DNA of 64,000 nucleotides, taken from the NCBI GenBank assembly GCA_963701965.1, contig OY969695.1, positions 160,001 through 224,000 on the forward strand, given 5' to 3'. This DNA is from an uncultured Gemmatimonadales bacterium (lineage in GTDB: Bacteria; Gemmatimonadota; Gemmatimonadetes; Gemmatimonadales; Gemmatimonadaceae). The translations under genes were made by a program, and so were the position numbers. Numbering within the stretch: position 1 is the first letter of the stretch; each line of letters opens with the position of its first letter. The notes beneath the pieces were generated by a model. That model was not told the DNA's origin. It searched no databases and was given only the letters and a program-made list of their open reading frames with translations. This document shows positions 12,348 through 24,963 of this stretch, one piece after another.

Positions 12348-15121
12348 ATGTCGGACCGGACCCTGTTGCTCGTCGACGGCTCGAGCTACCTCTATCGCGC
12401 CTATCACGCCCTGCCGGACCTGCGCGGCCCGGGCGGCGTTCCGACCGGAGCGATCCGCGGCGTCGTCTCGATGATGAAGCTGCTGCGCGAGCAGTACCCG
12501 GCGGCGCACGGCGCGTGCGTCTTCGACGACAAGGGCAAGACCTTTCGCGACGACTGGTACCCCGAATACAAGGCGACGCGAACGGCGATGCCCGACGACC
12601 TGGCGCTGCAGATCGAGCCGATTCACGAAGCCGTCAAGCTGCTCGGCTGGCCAGTGCTCACGGTGCCCGGCATCGAGGCCGACGACGCGATCGGCACGAT
12701 CTCGTGCATGGCCGCCAAGGGCGGCTTCCAGGTCGTGATCTCGACCGGCGACAAGGACCTGGCGCAGCTCGTCAACGAGAACGTCGTGCTGATCAACACG
12801 ATGAGCAACGAGCGGCTCGACGTCGAAGGCGTCGCCGCCAAGTTCGGCGTCGCGCCCGAGCGGATCGTCGACTACCTCGCCCTCATCGGCGACTCGGTCG
12901 ACAACATCCCGGGGGTCGAGAAGGTCGGTCCGAAGACGGCGGTGAAGTGGCTCGCCGAGCATGGCTCGCTCGAAGGCGTGATGGCCGCGGCCGGCGGGGA
13001 TCAAGGGCGTCGTCGGCGAGAACCTGAGGAAGGCGCTCGACTGGCTGCCGCAGGGACGGCGCCTGGTCACCGTCGCCACCGACTGCGACCTTTCCGGCCA
13101 CGTCATGGGCTGGCCCGAGTTCGACGGCCTCGCGCTGCGGCCGATCGAGGTCGATGCCTTGCTCGCGTTCTACGACCGCTACGGCTTCGCCTCGATGCGG
13201 AAGGAGCTCGAGGTCTCGCTCGGCCGCGCGCCGACCGCGGCGGCGCCGCCGGCGCGCGCGTCCGCGGCCGCGGCGACGATCGACGTTGCCGACGCCGTGC
13301 CCTCGGAAGACATCGTCAAGAACTACGAGACGGTGACGACGCTCGATGCGCTCGACGCCTGGGTCGCGCGCATCGAAGGCGCCGAGCTGACCGCGCTCGA
13401 CCTCGAGACCGACTCGCTCGATCCGATCCGCGCCCGCCTGATCGGCATCTCGCTCTCGGTGGCCGTCGGCGAGGCGTGCTACGTCCCGATCGGCCACAGC
13501 TACGCCGGTGCGCCCGATCAGTTGCCGCTCGAGACGGTGCTCGCGCGCCTCGGGCCCTGGCTCGAAAGCCCGGCCGCCGCCAAGGTCGGCCACAACACCA
13601 AGTACGACGCGCAGGTCCTCGCCGGCGCCGGCATCGCCGTGCGCGGCTACGCCCACGACACGATGCTCGAGAGCTACGTCTGGGAAGCGCACAAGGCGCA
13701 CACCCTCGAGAGCCTGGCGTTTCGCCATGTCGGCCGGACCGCGCTGACCTACGAGGACGTGTGCGGCAAGGGCGCGAACCAGATCCCGTTCGCGCAGGTC
13801 GAGGTCGGCCGCGCCGCCGCCTACTCGTGCGAGGACGCCGACATGGCGCTGCACGTGCATCAGTCGCTCTGGCCGCGGATCGAGGCCGACCCGGGCCTGG
13901 CCGACGTCTATCGCCGGATCGAGATGCCGACCTCGGAGGTGCTCGGCCGGATCGAGCGCACCGGCGTGCTGATCGATTCGGCGCAGCTCGCGGCGCAGAG
14001 CCAGGAACTCGCCGAGCGCATGGCCGCGCTCGAGCAGGAGGCGTTCGCGATCGCCGGCCAGCCGTTCAACCTCGGCAGCCCGAAGCAGATCGGCGAGATC
14101 CTGTTCGGCAAGCTCGGCCTGCCGGTCGGCCGAAAGACGGCGAGCGGCGCGCCGTCGACCGACGAGGACGTGCTGCAGGAGCTCGCCGCCGACTATCCGC
14201 TGCCCGGGAAGCTGCTCGAGCACCGCAGCCTGTCGAAGCTGAAGGGCACCTACACCGACAAGCTGCCGCTGATGGTGAACCCGGCGACCGGGCGCGTCCA
14301 CACCACGTACGCGCAGGCGGTGGCGGTGACCGGGCGGCTGTCGAGCAACGACCCGAACCTGCAGAACATCCCGATTCGCACGGTCGAAGGCCGGCGCATC
14401 CGCGAGGCGTTCGTCGCGCCCGAAGGGTCGGTGATCCTCTCGGCCGACTACTCGCAGATCGAGCTGCGCATCATGGCGCACATCTCCGCCGATGCCGGCC
14501 TGCTGAGCGCCTTCGGCGGCAACATCGACATCCATCGCGCGACCGCCGCCGAGGTCTTCGCGGGCGGCGATCTCGAAGCCGTGACCGCCGAGCAGCGGCG
14601 CTTCGCCAAGGTGATCAATTTCGGCCTGATCTACGGCATGAGCGCGTTCGGCCTGGCCGCCAATCTCGGCATCGAGCGCAGCGCCGCGACCGCCTACATC
14701 GAGCGCTATTTCGCGCGCTATCCGGCGGTCAAGCGCTACATGGACGAGACGCGCGCGTCGGCGGCCGAGAAGGGCTACGTCGCGACGCTGTTCGGCCGGC
14801 GCGTCTATCTGCCCGAGATCAACAAGCCCGGGCCGCGCAAGTCGGCCGCCGAGCGCCAGGCGATCAACGCGCCGATGCAGGGCACGGCGGCCGACCTGAT
14901 CAAGCTGGCGATGATCGCGGTGCAGGAGATGATCGACCGCGAGCAGCGCCGGACGCGGATGATCATGCAGGTCCACGACGAGCTCGTCTTCGAGGTGCCC
15001 GAAGGCGAGCTGGCGTGGGCGCAGCGAAGCGGTGCCGCGGGTGATGGCGAGCGTCGCGACGCTGGCGGTGCCGCTGGTCGCCGAGGTCGGCGTCGGCGCC
15101 AACTGGGACGAAGCGCACTAG
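12348..15121 (+). CDS. polA: DNA polymerase I (frameshifts near 12995 and 15025)
   Basis: LLVDGSSYLYRAYHA, EADD, ADYSQIELRIMAH, KVINFGLIYG, QVHDELVFE, ending NWDEAH*. Confidence 0.96.
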
Positions 15122-15251
15122 GTCGCGACAGGCGACCGGTCCAGCCCGGGGACAAACCCGGAGACCTAGGGCAAGACCTGTTCCATTCGGATCGGCGGCC
15201 CCTATGGTGCGGCATCGCATTTCCGGTCGCGCCCGGCGCCGCCGTCGCCTG

Positions 15252-16023
15252 ATGTCCGAACCGCTCCTCCTGGTCGAGAACGTGTCGGTCCGCTTCGGCG
15301 GCATCGTCGCGCTCGACCGGGTCTCGTTCGCCGTCGCGCGCGGCCACATCGTCGGCCTGATCGGCCCGAACGGCGCCGGCAAGACGACGATGTTCAACTG
15401 CCTGTCGCGCCTGTATGCCTTCAGCGAAGGCCGGATCGCGTTCGAGGGCCGGTCGCTGCTCGAGACGCCGCCGCACGGCATCGCCGCGCTCGGCATCGGC
15501 CGGACGTTCCAGAACCTGGCGCTGTTCCGGACCATGAGCGTGCGCCAGAACGTGCTGCTCGGCGGCCACGCGCGCAGCCGGAGCGGCTACGTCGCCAATG
15601 CCTTGCGCCTGCCGAGCGTGCGACGCGAGGAAGCGCGCCTCGGCAGCGCCGTCGATCGCCTGCTCGCGCTGCTCGACCTCGGCGCGCTCGCCGACGTGCC
15701 GGTGATGGACCTGCCGTTCGGCACCCAGAAGCGGGTCGAGCTCGGCCGCGCGCTGGCGAGCGAGCCGAAGCTGCTGCTGCTCGACGAGCCCGCGGGCGGC
15801 CTCAACCACGAGGAGGTCGAGACGCTGATGGAGCTGCTGCGCCGGATCCGCGTCCGAGCTCGACCTGACGATGCTGCTGGTCGAGCACCACATGAACATG
15901 GTGATGCGCATCTCCGACCGGGTCGTCGCGCTCGACTTCGGCAGGAAGATCGCCGACGGCACGCCGGCCGAGGTGCAGGCCAACGACGACGTCATCCGCG
16001 CCTATCTCGGGGCCGCCGCGTGA
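15252..16023 (+). CDS. livG: Branched-chain amino acid ABC transporter ATP-binding protein (LivG-like, frameshifted)
   Basis: [24 protein letters not shown] and VIRAYLG. Confidence 0.85.
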
Positions 16024-16748
16024 ACGCGCGGCGGTCCCGCTCCTCGACGTGCGCGGCCTGGCGGCGCAGTACGGGCCGACGCGGGTGCTGCACGGCATCG
16101 ACTTCGCCGTCGCGCGAGGGCGGCATCACGGCCATCCTCGGCGCCAACGGCGCCGGCAAGACGACGCTGCTGCGCGCCGTCTGCGACATGATCAGGACCA
16201 GCGGCGAGGTGCGCTTCGCCGGCACGCGGATCGACGGCCAGGCGACCGAGACGATCGTGCGCCTCGGCATCGCCCACGTTCCCGATGGCCGCGGCACGTT
16301 CATGAACCTGTCGGTCGAGGAGAACCTGCGCCTCGGCGCGCTACTCGCGCCGCGACCGGGCCGCGGTCGGCGTCGATTTCGAGCGCATGTACGCGCTACT
16401 TCCCGCGCCTGAAGGAGCGGCGCCGCCAGCAGGCCGGAACGCTCTCGGGCGGCGAGCAGCAGATGCTCGCGGTCTCGCGCGCGCTGATGCTGCAGGCCGC
16501 GCCTGCTGCTGCTCGACGAGCCGTCGTTCGGCCTGGCGCCGCTGATCGTGCAGCAGCTGTTCGAGATCCTGCGCGAGATCAACCAGAGCGAGAAGATCGG
16601 CATGCTGCTGGTCGAGCAGAACGCGGCGATGGCGCTCGCTCTCGCCGACACGGCCTACCTGCTCGAGACCGGCCGGGTCGTGATGTCGGGCCCGGCCGAG
16701 ACGATCCGCAGCGACGAGTCGGTGCGCCGCTCGTACCTCGGCTACTGA
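16020..16748 (+). CDS. livF: Branched-chain amino acid ABC transporter ATP-binding protein (LivF-like, several frameshifts)
   Basis: [32 protein letters not shown]. Confidence 0.85.
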
Positions 16749-16761
16749 ACGGCGCGCCGCG

Positions 16762-17631
16762 ATGGATCAGTTCCTGCACCAGGTCCTGTCGGGCCTCGCC
16801 ACCGGCGGCATCTACGCCAGCGTCGCGCTGGCGCTGGTGATGATCTACCAGGCGACGCACCTCGTGAACTTCGCGCAGGGCGAGATGGCGATGTTCACGA
16901 CCTATCTGGCCTGGGCCCTGCTGCAGGCCGGGGTGCCGTACTGGGGCGCGTTCGCGATCACCGTCGTCGGCGCGTTCGTGCTCGGCGTCGCGATCGAGCG
17001 GATCGTCATCCGACCGGTCGAGAACGCGCCGATCCTGGCCGTCGTCATCGTCTTCATCGGTCTCCTGGTGATCTTCAACAGCGTCGCCGGCTGGATCTTC
17101 AGCTACACGATCAAGCCGTTCCCGAGCCCGTTCCCGACCGAGCCGCTGTTCGGCAACTCGTACGTCTCGTCGCACGAGCTCGGCTCGACGGCGATCACGC
17201 TGGTCGTGCTGCTGCTGCTGTTCGCCTTCTTCCGCTTCACGCCGCTCGGCCTGGCGATGCGCGCGGCGGCGCAGAACCCGGTCTCGAGCCGGCTGGTCGG
17301 CATCCGCGTCGGCTGGATGCTGGCGCTCGGCTGGGGCCTGGCGGCGGCGATCGGCGCGATCGCCGGAATGATGGTCGCGCCGATCGTCTTCCTCGAGCCC
17401 AACATGATGGGCGGGATCCTGCTCTACGCCTTCGCCGGCGCGCTGCTCGGCGGCATCGACAGCCCGGGCGGCGCGGTCGTCGGCGGCTTCATCGTCGGCG
17501 TGCTCGAGAACGTCGTCGGCGCCTACGTCGGCACCGAGCTCAAGCTGACGCTGGCGCTGGTCGTGATCATCGGCGTGCTCGTGGTCCGGCCGTCGGGCAT
17601 GTTCGGCAAGGTCCACGTGGTGCGGGTATGA
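16762..17631 (+). CDS. livH: Branched-chain amino acid ABC transporter permease (LivH-like)
   Basis: [25 protein letters not shown]; intact 289 aa. Confidence 0.88.
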   Translation: MDQFLHQVLSGLATGGIYASVALALVMIYQATHLVNFAQGEMAMFTTYLAWALLQAGVPYWGAFAITVVGAFVLGVAIERIVIRPVENAPILAVVIVFIGLLVIFNSVAGWIFSYTIKPFPSPFPTEPLFGNSYVSSHELGSTAITLVVLLLLFAFFRFTPLGLAMRAAAQNPVSSRLVGIRVGWMLALGWGLAAAIGAIAGMMVAPIVFLEPNMMGGILLYAFAGALLGGIDSPGGAVVGGFIVGVLENVVGAYVGTELKLTLALVVIIGVLVVRPSGMFGKVHVVRV

Positions 17632-18656
17632 GGCAGCATCCGCATGCCGACCGTCAGGCTGCATCGGCGTCGCGCTGCTGCTGGTCGCCGCCTGCGCTGC
17701 TTGCCGTTCGTGCTCGGCAGCAACTACCGCGTCTTCCAGCTGACGCTGGTCCTGGTCTACGCGATCGCGCTCCTCGGGCTCAACATGCTGACCGGCTACA
17801 ACGGCCAGATCTCGCTCGGCCACGGCGCGTTCTACGCCATCGGCGCGTACAGCGCGGCGATCCTGATGGACAAGCTCGGCGTGCCCTATTGGGCGACGAT
17901 TCCGGTCGCCGGCGCGCTCTGCTTCGTCGCCGGCTTCCTGTTCGGCCTGCCGGCGCTGCGCCTCGAAGGCCTCTACCTCGCGCTGGCGACGTTCGCGCTC
18001 GGCGTCGCGATGCCGCAGATCCTGAAGCACGAAGCCCTCGACAAGTGGACCGGCGGCGTCGCAGGGCATCGTCATCGTCAAGCCCGACGCACCCGAATGG
18101 AGCGGCCTGTCGCAGGACCAGTGGCTCTACTTCTTCACCCTCGCGTGGGTCGTGATCTTCTTCGTGCTCGGCTGGAACCTCCTGCGCGGTCGGATCGGCC
18201 GGGCGCATGGTCGCGATCCGCGATCAACCCATTGCGGCCCAGGCGATGGGCGTCAATACTTCGCTGGTCAAGTCGCTGACCTTCGGCGTCACCGCCCTGT
18301 ACACCGGCGCGGCCGGCGCGCTCGGCGCGATCGCGGTCCAGTTCGTGGCGCCCGATTCGTTCGACATTTTCCTGTCGATCACCTTGCTGGTCGGCGTCGT
18401 CATCGGCGGGCTCGCGTCGATCTCGGGCGCGTTCTTCGGCGCCTTGTTCATCCAGTTCATCCCCAACATCGCCGATCAGATCTCGAAGGCGGCGCCCTGG
18501 GCGATCTACGGCGTCGTCCTGATCGCCTTCATGTACCTGATGCCGAGCGGCGTCGCCGGGCTCTTGCGTCTGGCGCGGGCGCGCTGGGCGCGCCGACGGC
18601 GGTCGGTGCGCCGCACCGATCCGGTTTCCCCAGTCACTCAACGGAGCGAGACATGA
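17628..18656 (+). CDS. livM: Branched-chain amino acid ABC transporter permease (LivM-like, frameshifted)
   Basis: GYNGQISLGHGAF, LRLEGLYLALAT, AIRDQPIAAQAMG. Confidence 0.85.
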
Positions 18657-19887
18657 ACCACACCTTCAACCGCATCACCCGTCGCGCCGCCTTGGCGCTG
18701 GCAATCGGCGCCGCATTGGCGGCGCAGGACGCGACGGCGCAGGCCGCCAAGTACGGGCCGGGCGCCTCGGCGACCGAGATCAAGCTCGGCCAGACGATGC
18801 CGTACAGCGGCCCGGCTTCGGCCTACGGCACGATCGGCAAGGTCGAGCAGGCCTACTTCAAGATGATCAACGACAACGGCGGCATCAACGGCCGCAAGAT
18901 CAACCTGATCAGCCTCGACGACGGCTACAGCCCGCCGAAGGCGGTCGAGCAGGTGCGCCGCCTGGTCGAGCAGGAGGAGGTGCTGGCGCTGTTCCAGACG
19001 CTCGGCACGCCGAGCAACTCGGCGATCCACAAGTACGTCAACGCCAAGAAGGTGCCGCAGCTCTTGCTCGCCACCGGCGCGACCAAGTGGGGCGACCCGA
19101 AGGACTTCCCGTGGACGATGGGCTTCAACCTGAGCTACCAGTCCGAGGGCCAGATCTACGCCAAGTGGCTGCTGAAGAACAAGCCCGACGCGAAGATCGC
19201 GGTCCTTTACCAGAACGACGACTACGGCAAGGACGTGCTGAAGGGCGTCAAGGACGGGCTCGGCGCCGCCGGCGCGAAGATGATCGTCAAGGAGGCGACC
19301 TACGAGGTCACCGACCCGACCATCGACTCGCAGATCCTGACGCTGCAGGGCTCGGGCGCCGACACCTTCATCAACATCACGACGCCCAAGTTCGGCGCCC
19401 AGGCGATCCGCAAGGCGTTCGACTCGGCTGGAAGCCGCTGCACTTCCTCAACAACGTCAGCGCCTCGATCGGCTCGGTGCTGGTGCCGGCGGGCGTCGAG
19501 AAGGCGGTCGGCGCGATCACCGTCGCCTACTACAAGGACCCGAACGACCCGCAGTGGAAGGACGACCCGGCGATGCTCGAATGGCGCGCCTTCATGGGCA
19601 GCTACTACCGCGAGGGCGACCCGAAGGACGCGAGCAACCTCTACGGCTACCTCGCGGCGCAGATCATGGTGCAGATCCTGAAGCAGTGCGGCAACGACCT
19701 GACGCGCGAGAACGTGATGCGCCAGGCCGCGAACCTGAAGAACTTCAAGCTGCCGCTGCTCCTGCCCGGGATGACGCTCAACACCAGCCCGACCGACTTC
19801 TTCCCGGTCCAGCAGGCGCAGCTGCAGAAGTTCACCGGAACGCAGTGGCAGCTCTTCGGCGAGCTGATGAGCACCGACGCGCGCTGA
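18653..19887 (+). CDS. ABC transporter substrate-binding protein, Leu/Ile/Val family (frameshift near 19425)
   Basis: Signal peptide, IKLGQTMPYSGPASAYG, GGINGRKI, DDGYSPPK. Confidence 0.88.
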
Positions 19888-19925
19888 GCGCGCGGGCGCC
19901 GGGGGTCGGCGGCGGCGCCGGACCC

Positions 19926-19960
19926 CTGTCATGAAGCTGTCGCGAAAAACATCCTAGACT
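19926..19960 (+). promoter_or_regulatory. Pho box plus -10 element upstream of ppk1
   Basis: CTGTCAT-gaag-CTGTCGC (19926-19943), then TAGACT at 19955-19960. Confidence 0.7.
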
Positions 19961-19967
19961 CGCAGGG

Positions 19968-22026
19968 ATGACTTCTTCAGTCGCCACGCCAGCCGTGGCG
20001 ATGCCGCGGCTTCTCAACCGCGAGCGCGCAATCCTCGAGTTCAACCGGCGCGTCCTGGCCCAGGCGCGCCGCGACGACGTACCGCTGCTCGAGCGGCTGC
20101 GCTACGTCTGCATCGTCTCGTCGAACCTCGACGAGTTCTTCGAGGTCCGCTTCGCCGACTGCCTCGAGGCCTCGCGCCAGCCCAATACCGGCACGACCGC
20201 GGCCGACATCGAGGCGCTCGCCGCGGCGGCGCACGCGCTGATCGACGACCAGTACGCGGTCTTCAACGACGAGGTGATGCCGGCGCTGGCCGCGAACGGC
20301 ATCCGGATCGTCAACCACGCCGACCGCGACGAGGCCGAGCGGCGCTGGGTCGGCCGCTTCTTCGAGACCCAGGTGCGGCCGCTGCTGGTGCCGGTCGGGC
20401 TCGATCCCTCGCATCCATTCCCGCAGGTCGCCAACAAGTCGCTCAACTTCATCGCCCGCCTCGCCGGCAAGGATGCCTTCGGCCGGCGCAACACGGTGGC
20501 CATCGTCAAGGTGCCGCGCGTCCTGCCCCGGGTGATCCAGTTGCCGCGCTCGCGCCGGCGCGGCGGCCAGTCGTTCGTGCTCCTGACGAGCGTGATCCGG
20601 GCCCATCTCGGCTCGCTCTTCCCGGGCCGCGAGGTCGAGGCGTTCTCGCAGTTCCGGATCACGCGCGACTCCGACCTCGAGGTCGACGCCGACGTCACCA
20701 ACCTGCGCCAGGCGCTGCGCCTCGGGCTGACGACGCGCCACTTCGGCCAGGCGGTCCGGCTCGAGGTCGTCAACACCTGCCCGAGCGAGCTGTCGCAGTT
20801 TCTGCTGCAGCAGTTCGGCCTCGCCGAGCCGGCGCTGTTTCGCGTCAACGGGCCGGTCAACCTGGTGCGCATGAACGAGCTGATCGACCTCGCCGTTGCG
20901 CCGGCCCTGCGCTTTGCGCCGTACACGCCGGCGTGGCCGGCGACGCTGTCGCGCCAGGAGACGATGTTCGAGCGCATCAGGAAGGGCGTGCTGCTGCTGC
21001 ATCAGCCATTCGAGTCGTTCGATCCGGTGATCGAATTCCTGCGCGAGGCCATGCTCGACCCGTCGGTGCTGGCGATCAAGCAGACGATCTATCGCGCCGG
21101 CAGCGTCTCGCCGCTGATGGATCTGCTGATCGAGGCGGCCAAGCGCGGCAAGGAAGTGATGGCCGTGGTCGAGCTGAAGGCGCGCTTCGACGAGGAGGCC
21201 AACATCAACTGGGCCGAGCGGCTCGAGGCGGTCGGCGCGCAGGTGGTCTACGGCGTGGTCGGCCTGAAGACGCACGCCAAGCTGCTGCTGGTGACGCGGC
21301 GCGAGCGCAACGGCCTGAAGCGCTACGCGCATCTCTCGACCGGCAACTACAACCAGAACACCGCCCGGCTCTACACCGACCTCGGCTACTTCAGCGACGA
21401 CGCCGACCTCACCGCCGACGTCGACGCCGTGTTCCAGCAGCTCGCCAGCCTCGGCCGCACCCGGCCGCTGAAGGCGCTGCTGCAGGCGCCGTTCACGCTG
21501 CACAAGCAGACGCTCGCCAGCGTCTCGCGCGTCGCCGAGGCCGCGGCGGCGGGCAAGACGGCGCGCATCGTCGTCAAGATCAATGCCTTGACCGACAACG
21601 CCCTCATCGAAGCGCTGGTTCGCGCCGGCCAGGCCGGTGCGCAGATCGACCTGATCGTGCGCGGCGCCTGCATGCTGCCGCCGGGAATCGAAGGCGTCAC
21701 CGATCGCATCCGGGTGCGCTCGATCGTCGGCCGCTTTCTCGAGCACTCGCGCGTCGCCTATTTCCGCTGGGGCGACGAGCGACGACGACGAGGCGGTCTA
21801 TCTGTCGAGCGCCGACTGGATGGGCCGCAACATGTTCGGCCGGATCGAGATCGCCTGGCCGGTGCCCGACCGGGCCCTGCGCCAGCGCATCATCGACGAA
21901 TGCCTGGTGCCGTATCTGCTCGACACCAAGGACGCCTGGTTGCTGCGCAGCGACGGCACTTACGAGCCGAGGACCGGCGGCGACCACTCGGCGCAGAAAT
22001 CGCTGATGGGCCTGTACGCGCACTAG
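19968..22026 (+). CDS. ppk1: Polyphosphate kinase 1 (frameshift near 21780)
   Basis: SSNLDEFFEVR, HPFPQ, ELKARFDEEANI, KTHAK, GRFLEHSR, SSADWMGRN. Confidence 0.95.
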
Positions 22027-22037
22027 GAGCCAGCAAC

Positions 22038-22500
22038 GTGGACCTCATCCTCTGGCGCCATGCCGAAGCCGAAGAAGCCGATTCCGGCGAAGACGACCTG
22101 AAGCGCTCGCTGACGAGCAAGGGCGGGCGCCAGGCCGAGCGCATGGCCGAGTGGCTGAACCATCGCCTCACGCACTCGACCCGCGTGCTCGTCAGTCCGG
22201 CGCTGCGCTGCCAGCAAACCGCGAAGGCGCTCGGGCGCAAGTTCCGCACCGCCGATCGCGATCGGCCCGGGCGCGAGCGCGGAAGAGCTGGTGGCGATCG
22301 CCGGCTGGCCCGACGCCAGCCAGCCGGTGCTGGTCGTCGGCCATCAGCCGACGCTCGGCATGGCCGCGGCCTTGCTCCTCGCTGGCGCGCCGCAACCCTG
22401 GGCGATGAAGAAGGGCGCGGTCTGGTGGCTGCGCCATCGGCCGCGCAGCGACGACGGCGACATCGTCCTGCAGGCGGTGCAGTCGCCGGACAGCCTCTAG
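22038..22500 (+). CDS. sixA: Phosphohistidine phosphatase SixA (frameshift near 22260)
   Basis: DLILWRHAEAE, SPALRC, VVGHQPTLG. Confidence 0.85.
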
Positions 22501-22524
22501 CGGCGGCTCTCGCCGCCGCAGCGA

Positions 22525-24053
22525 TCAGGCGGCAGCGAGCCGCGGTGCGAGCACGCCGGTCTTGGCCCAGGCGTCGATCTCGTCGCGCAGCAGGTGCAGC
22601 GCGCGCGGATGCGACTCGGCCCACGACGGCGCGAGCGTGACCGCCGGCGCGCCGCCCTCGCTGCGGAGCGCGATCGCCGAGCGATCGACGTCGTCGCGGG
22701 CGTGGCAGACGATCACCGCCAGGCGCAGGCAGAGCAGGTGCAGCGCGAAGCCCGTGCTTTGCAGCGACGTCTCCATCTTGCGCAGCCCGCCGCGCTGGCC
22801 GAGGACGAGTTCGCCGATGCGCCTGAGCTGGCTCTGCGAGAAGCCGGGAGCATCGACGTGGCCGAGCAGGTAGGCGCTGTGGCGGTGGTGGTCGTGGTGC
22901 GAGATCATCATCCCGGCCTCGTGCAGCGCCGCCGCCCAGGCGAGCTCGCGCGCAGCCTCGCGGCCGGTATCGGGACTGGCGCTGCGCAGCAGTGCAGCGG
23001 CGATGCGAGCGACGCGCTCGGCCTGCGCGACGTCGACCTGGAAGCGCCGCTGCAGCTCGCGCACCGAGGCTTCGCGCAGGTCCTCGCCGCCGGCGCGGCG
23101 CTCGGCCGCCTGGCGCGCGGCGAGGTCGAAGATCACGCCTTGGCGCAACGCGCCGCGCGCCGGCTTGAGCTCGGCGATGCCGAAGTGCGTCGCCAGTGTG
23201 TAGAGGATCGACAGGCCGCCGGCGATGACGACGCGGCGCTCGCTCTTCAGGCCGGGCAGGGCGAGGCGCTCGCGCTGCCGGCCTCGAGGCAGCGCTCCAT
23301 CAGCCAGCGCAGGCCGGCGGGCGTGATGCGGCCGTCGCTGACGCCGCTGGCGGCGAGCACGCTCGAGACCGCGCCGACCGTTCCCGACGAGCCGAGCGCT
23401 TCCTTCCAGTGGCTCGGCGCGAACGGCGCCAGGGCTTCCTCGAGCTCGGCGCCGGCGGCGATCTGGGCCTCGCGGAAGGCGCGCTCGCTGAAGCGGCCGT
23501 CGGGGAAGTACTTCATCGACAGGCTGACGCTGCCGACCTGGAACGATTCAGCCTGGCGCGGCCGCGTGCCGCGGCCGACGATCATCTCGGTCGAGCGGCC
23601 GCCGATGTCGATCACCAGGCGCGACACCGTCGATGGCTGGAGCCGGGCGACGCCGGCAAAGATCAGGCGCGCTTCCTCGCGTCCCGAGATGATCTCGATC
23701 GAGTGGCCGAGGACGGTCTGCGCGCGCAGCAGGAAGGCGTCACGATTGCGCGCCTCGCGCAGCGTCTGGGTCGCGACGGCGCGCACCTGCGTCGGCAGGA
23801 AGCCGTCGAGCCGGCGGGCGAAGCGCGCCAGGCAATCGAGGCCGCGCCCGGCCGCCTCCTCGCTCAGGAAGCCGGCGGCGTCGAGGCCGCCGCCGAGGCG
23901 AACGGTTTCCTTCAGGTAGTCGATGCGCCGGTAGCGTCCGCCGGCGAGCTGGCCGACCTCGAGGCGGAAGCTGTTCGAGCCCATGTCGACGGCGGCGAGC
24001 TGTCCGGGCCAGCGCGTTTCGACGGCGGCGCTTGGCGAGGAAGCAAGAGGCAT
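22525..24053 (-). CDS. ppx: Exopolyphosphatase Ppx/GppA (frameshift near 23260)
   Basis: AVDMGSNSFRL, GREEARL, DIGGRSTE, LHEAGMMISH. Confidence 0.92.
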
Positions 24054-24188
24054 GCGCCGATTGTCGCGGCACGCCGTCGCACTCGGGTCGGCGCGAAGCT
24101 TCCTAGAATGCCTGTCCGGCGCCCGCCGCTACGACTTTCGCGCCATGCCGCGTTCCGACCTCGACGCCGTCGCTTTCGCGTTCTCCGT

Positions 24189-24958
24189 GTGACGCTCGCC
24201 TGGATCGTCGTCGCCACCGGCGTCGGCGGCGTACTGTCGGTGCTGGTCGCCGCGGCGCTGACGCTGGCCGTGCTGTCGAAGGTCGTGCATCACCTGGTGA
24301 GCCTTTCGGCGGGCGTGCTGCTCGCGACCGCGCTGCTCGACATCCTGCCCGAGGCGTTCTCGGCCAAGGCGCCGCCGCAGGCGCTGTTCGCGACGCTGCT
24401 CGGCGGCCTGCTGTTCTTCTTCCTGCTCGAAAAGGCCGAGCTCTACCGCCACAGCCACCACCACGAGGGCGACGAGCACCACCATCATCACGGCTTCGAC
24501 CGGCAGCAGGCCGGGCGCGGCGGCTGGAGCGTGATCCTCGGCGACAGCATCCACAACTTCTGCGACGGCATCATCATCGCCGCCGCCTTCCTCGCCGACA
24601 CGCGGATCGGCATCGTCACCTCTCTGGCGATCATCGCCCACGAGATTCCGCAGGAGGTCGGCGACTACATCGTCCTTCTCAACGCGGGCTTCTCGCGCGC
24701 CCGGGCGCTGTTCTTCAACGCCGTCTCGGGCTGGCGGCGGTCGTCGGCGGCGTCATCGGCTACTACATCGTCGGCCCATGGCACGGCTACTTCCCGTACC
24801 TGCTCGTGATCGCCTCGAGCAGCTTCATCTATGTCGCCGTCGCCGACCTGATCCCGCAGCTGCAGCATCGATTGACGCTGGGCGAGACGGCGGCGCAGCT
24901 GTTCTGGCTCGCCGCTGGCCTGGCGATCGTCCTCGTCGCGACGACGCAGCTGCGCTAG
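24189..24958 (+). CDS. ZIP family metal transporter (frameshift near 24730)
   Basis: His-rich loop HSHHHEGDEHHHHH, HNFCDG, AHEIPQEVGD. Confidence 0.9.
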
Positions 24959-24963
24959 CCGTT

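Noticed and set aside
24145..24192. Short ORF MPRSDLDAVAFAFSV overlapping the ZIP start as a leader peptide
   Set aside because: No RBS and no His or Cys residues suggesting metal sensing; likely chance.
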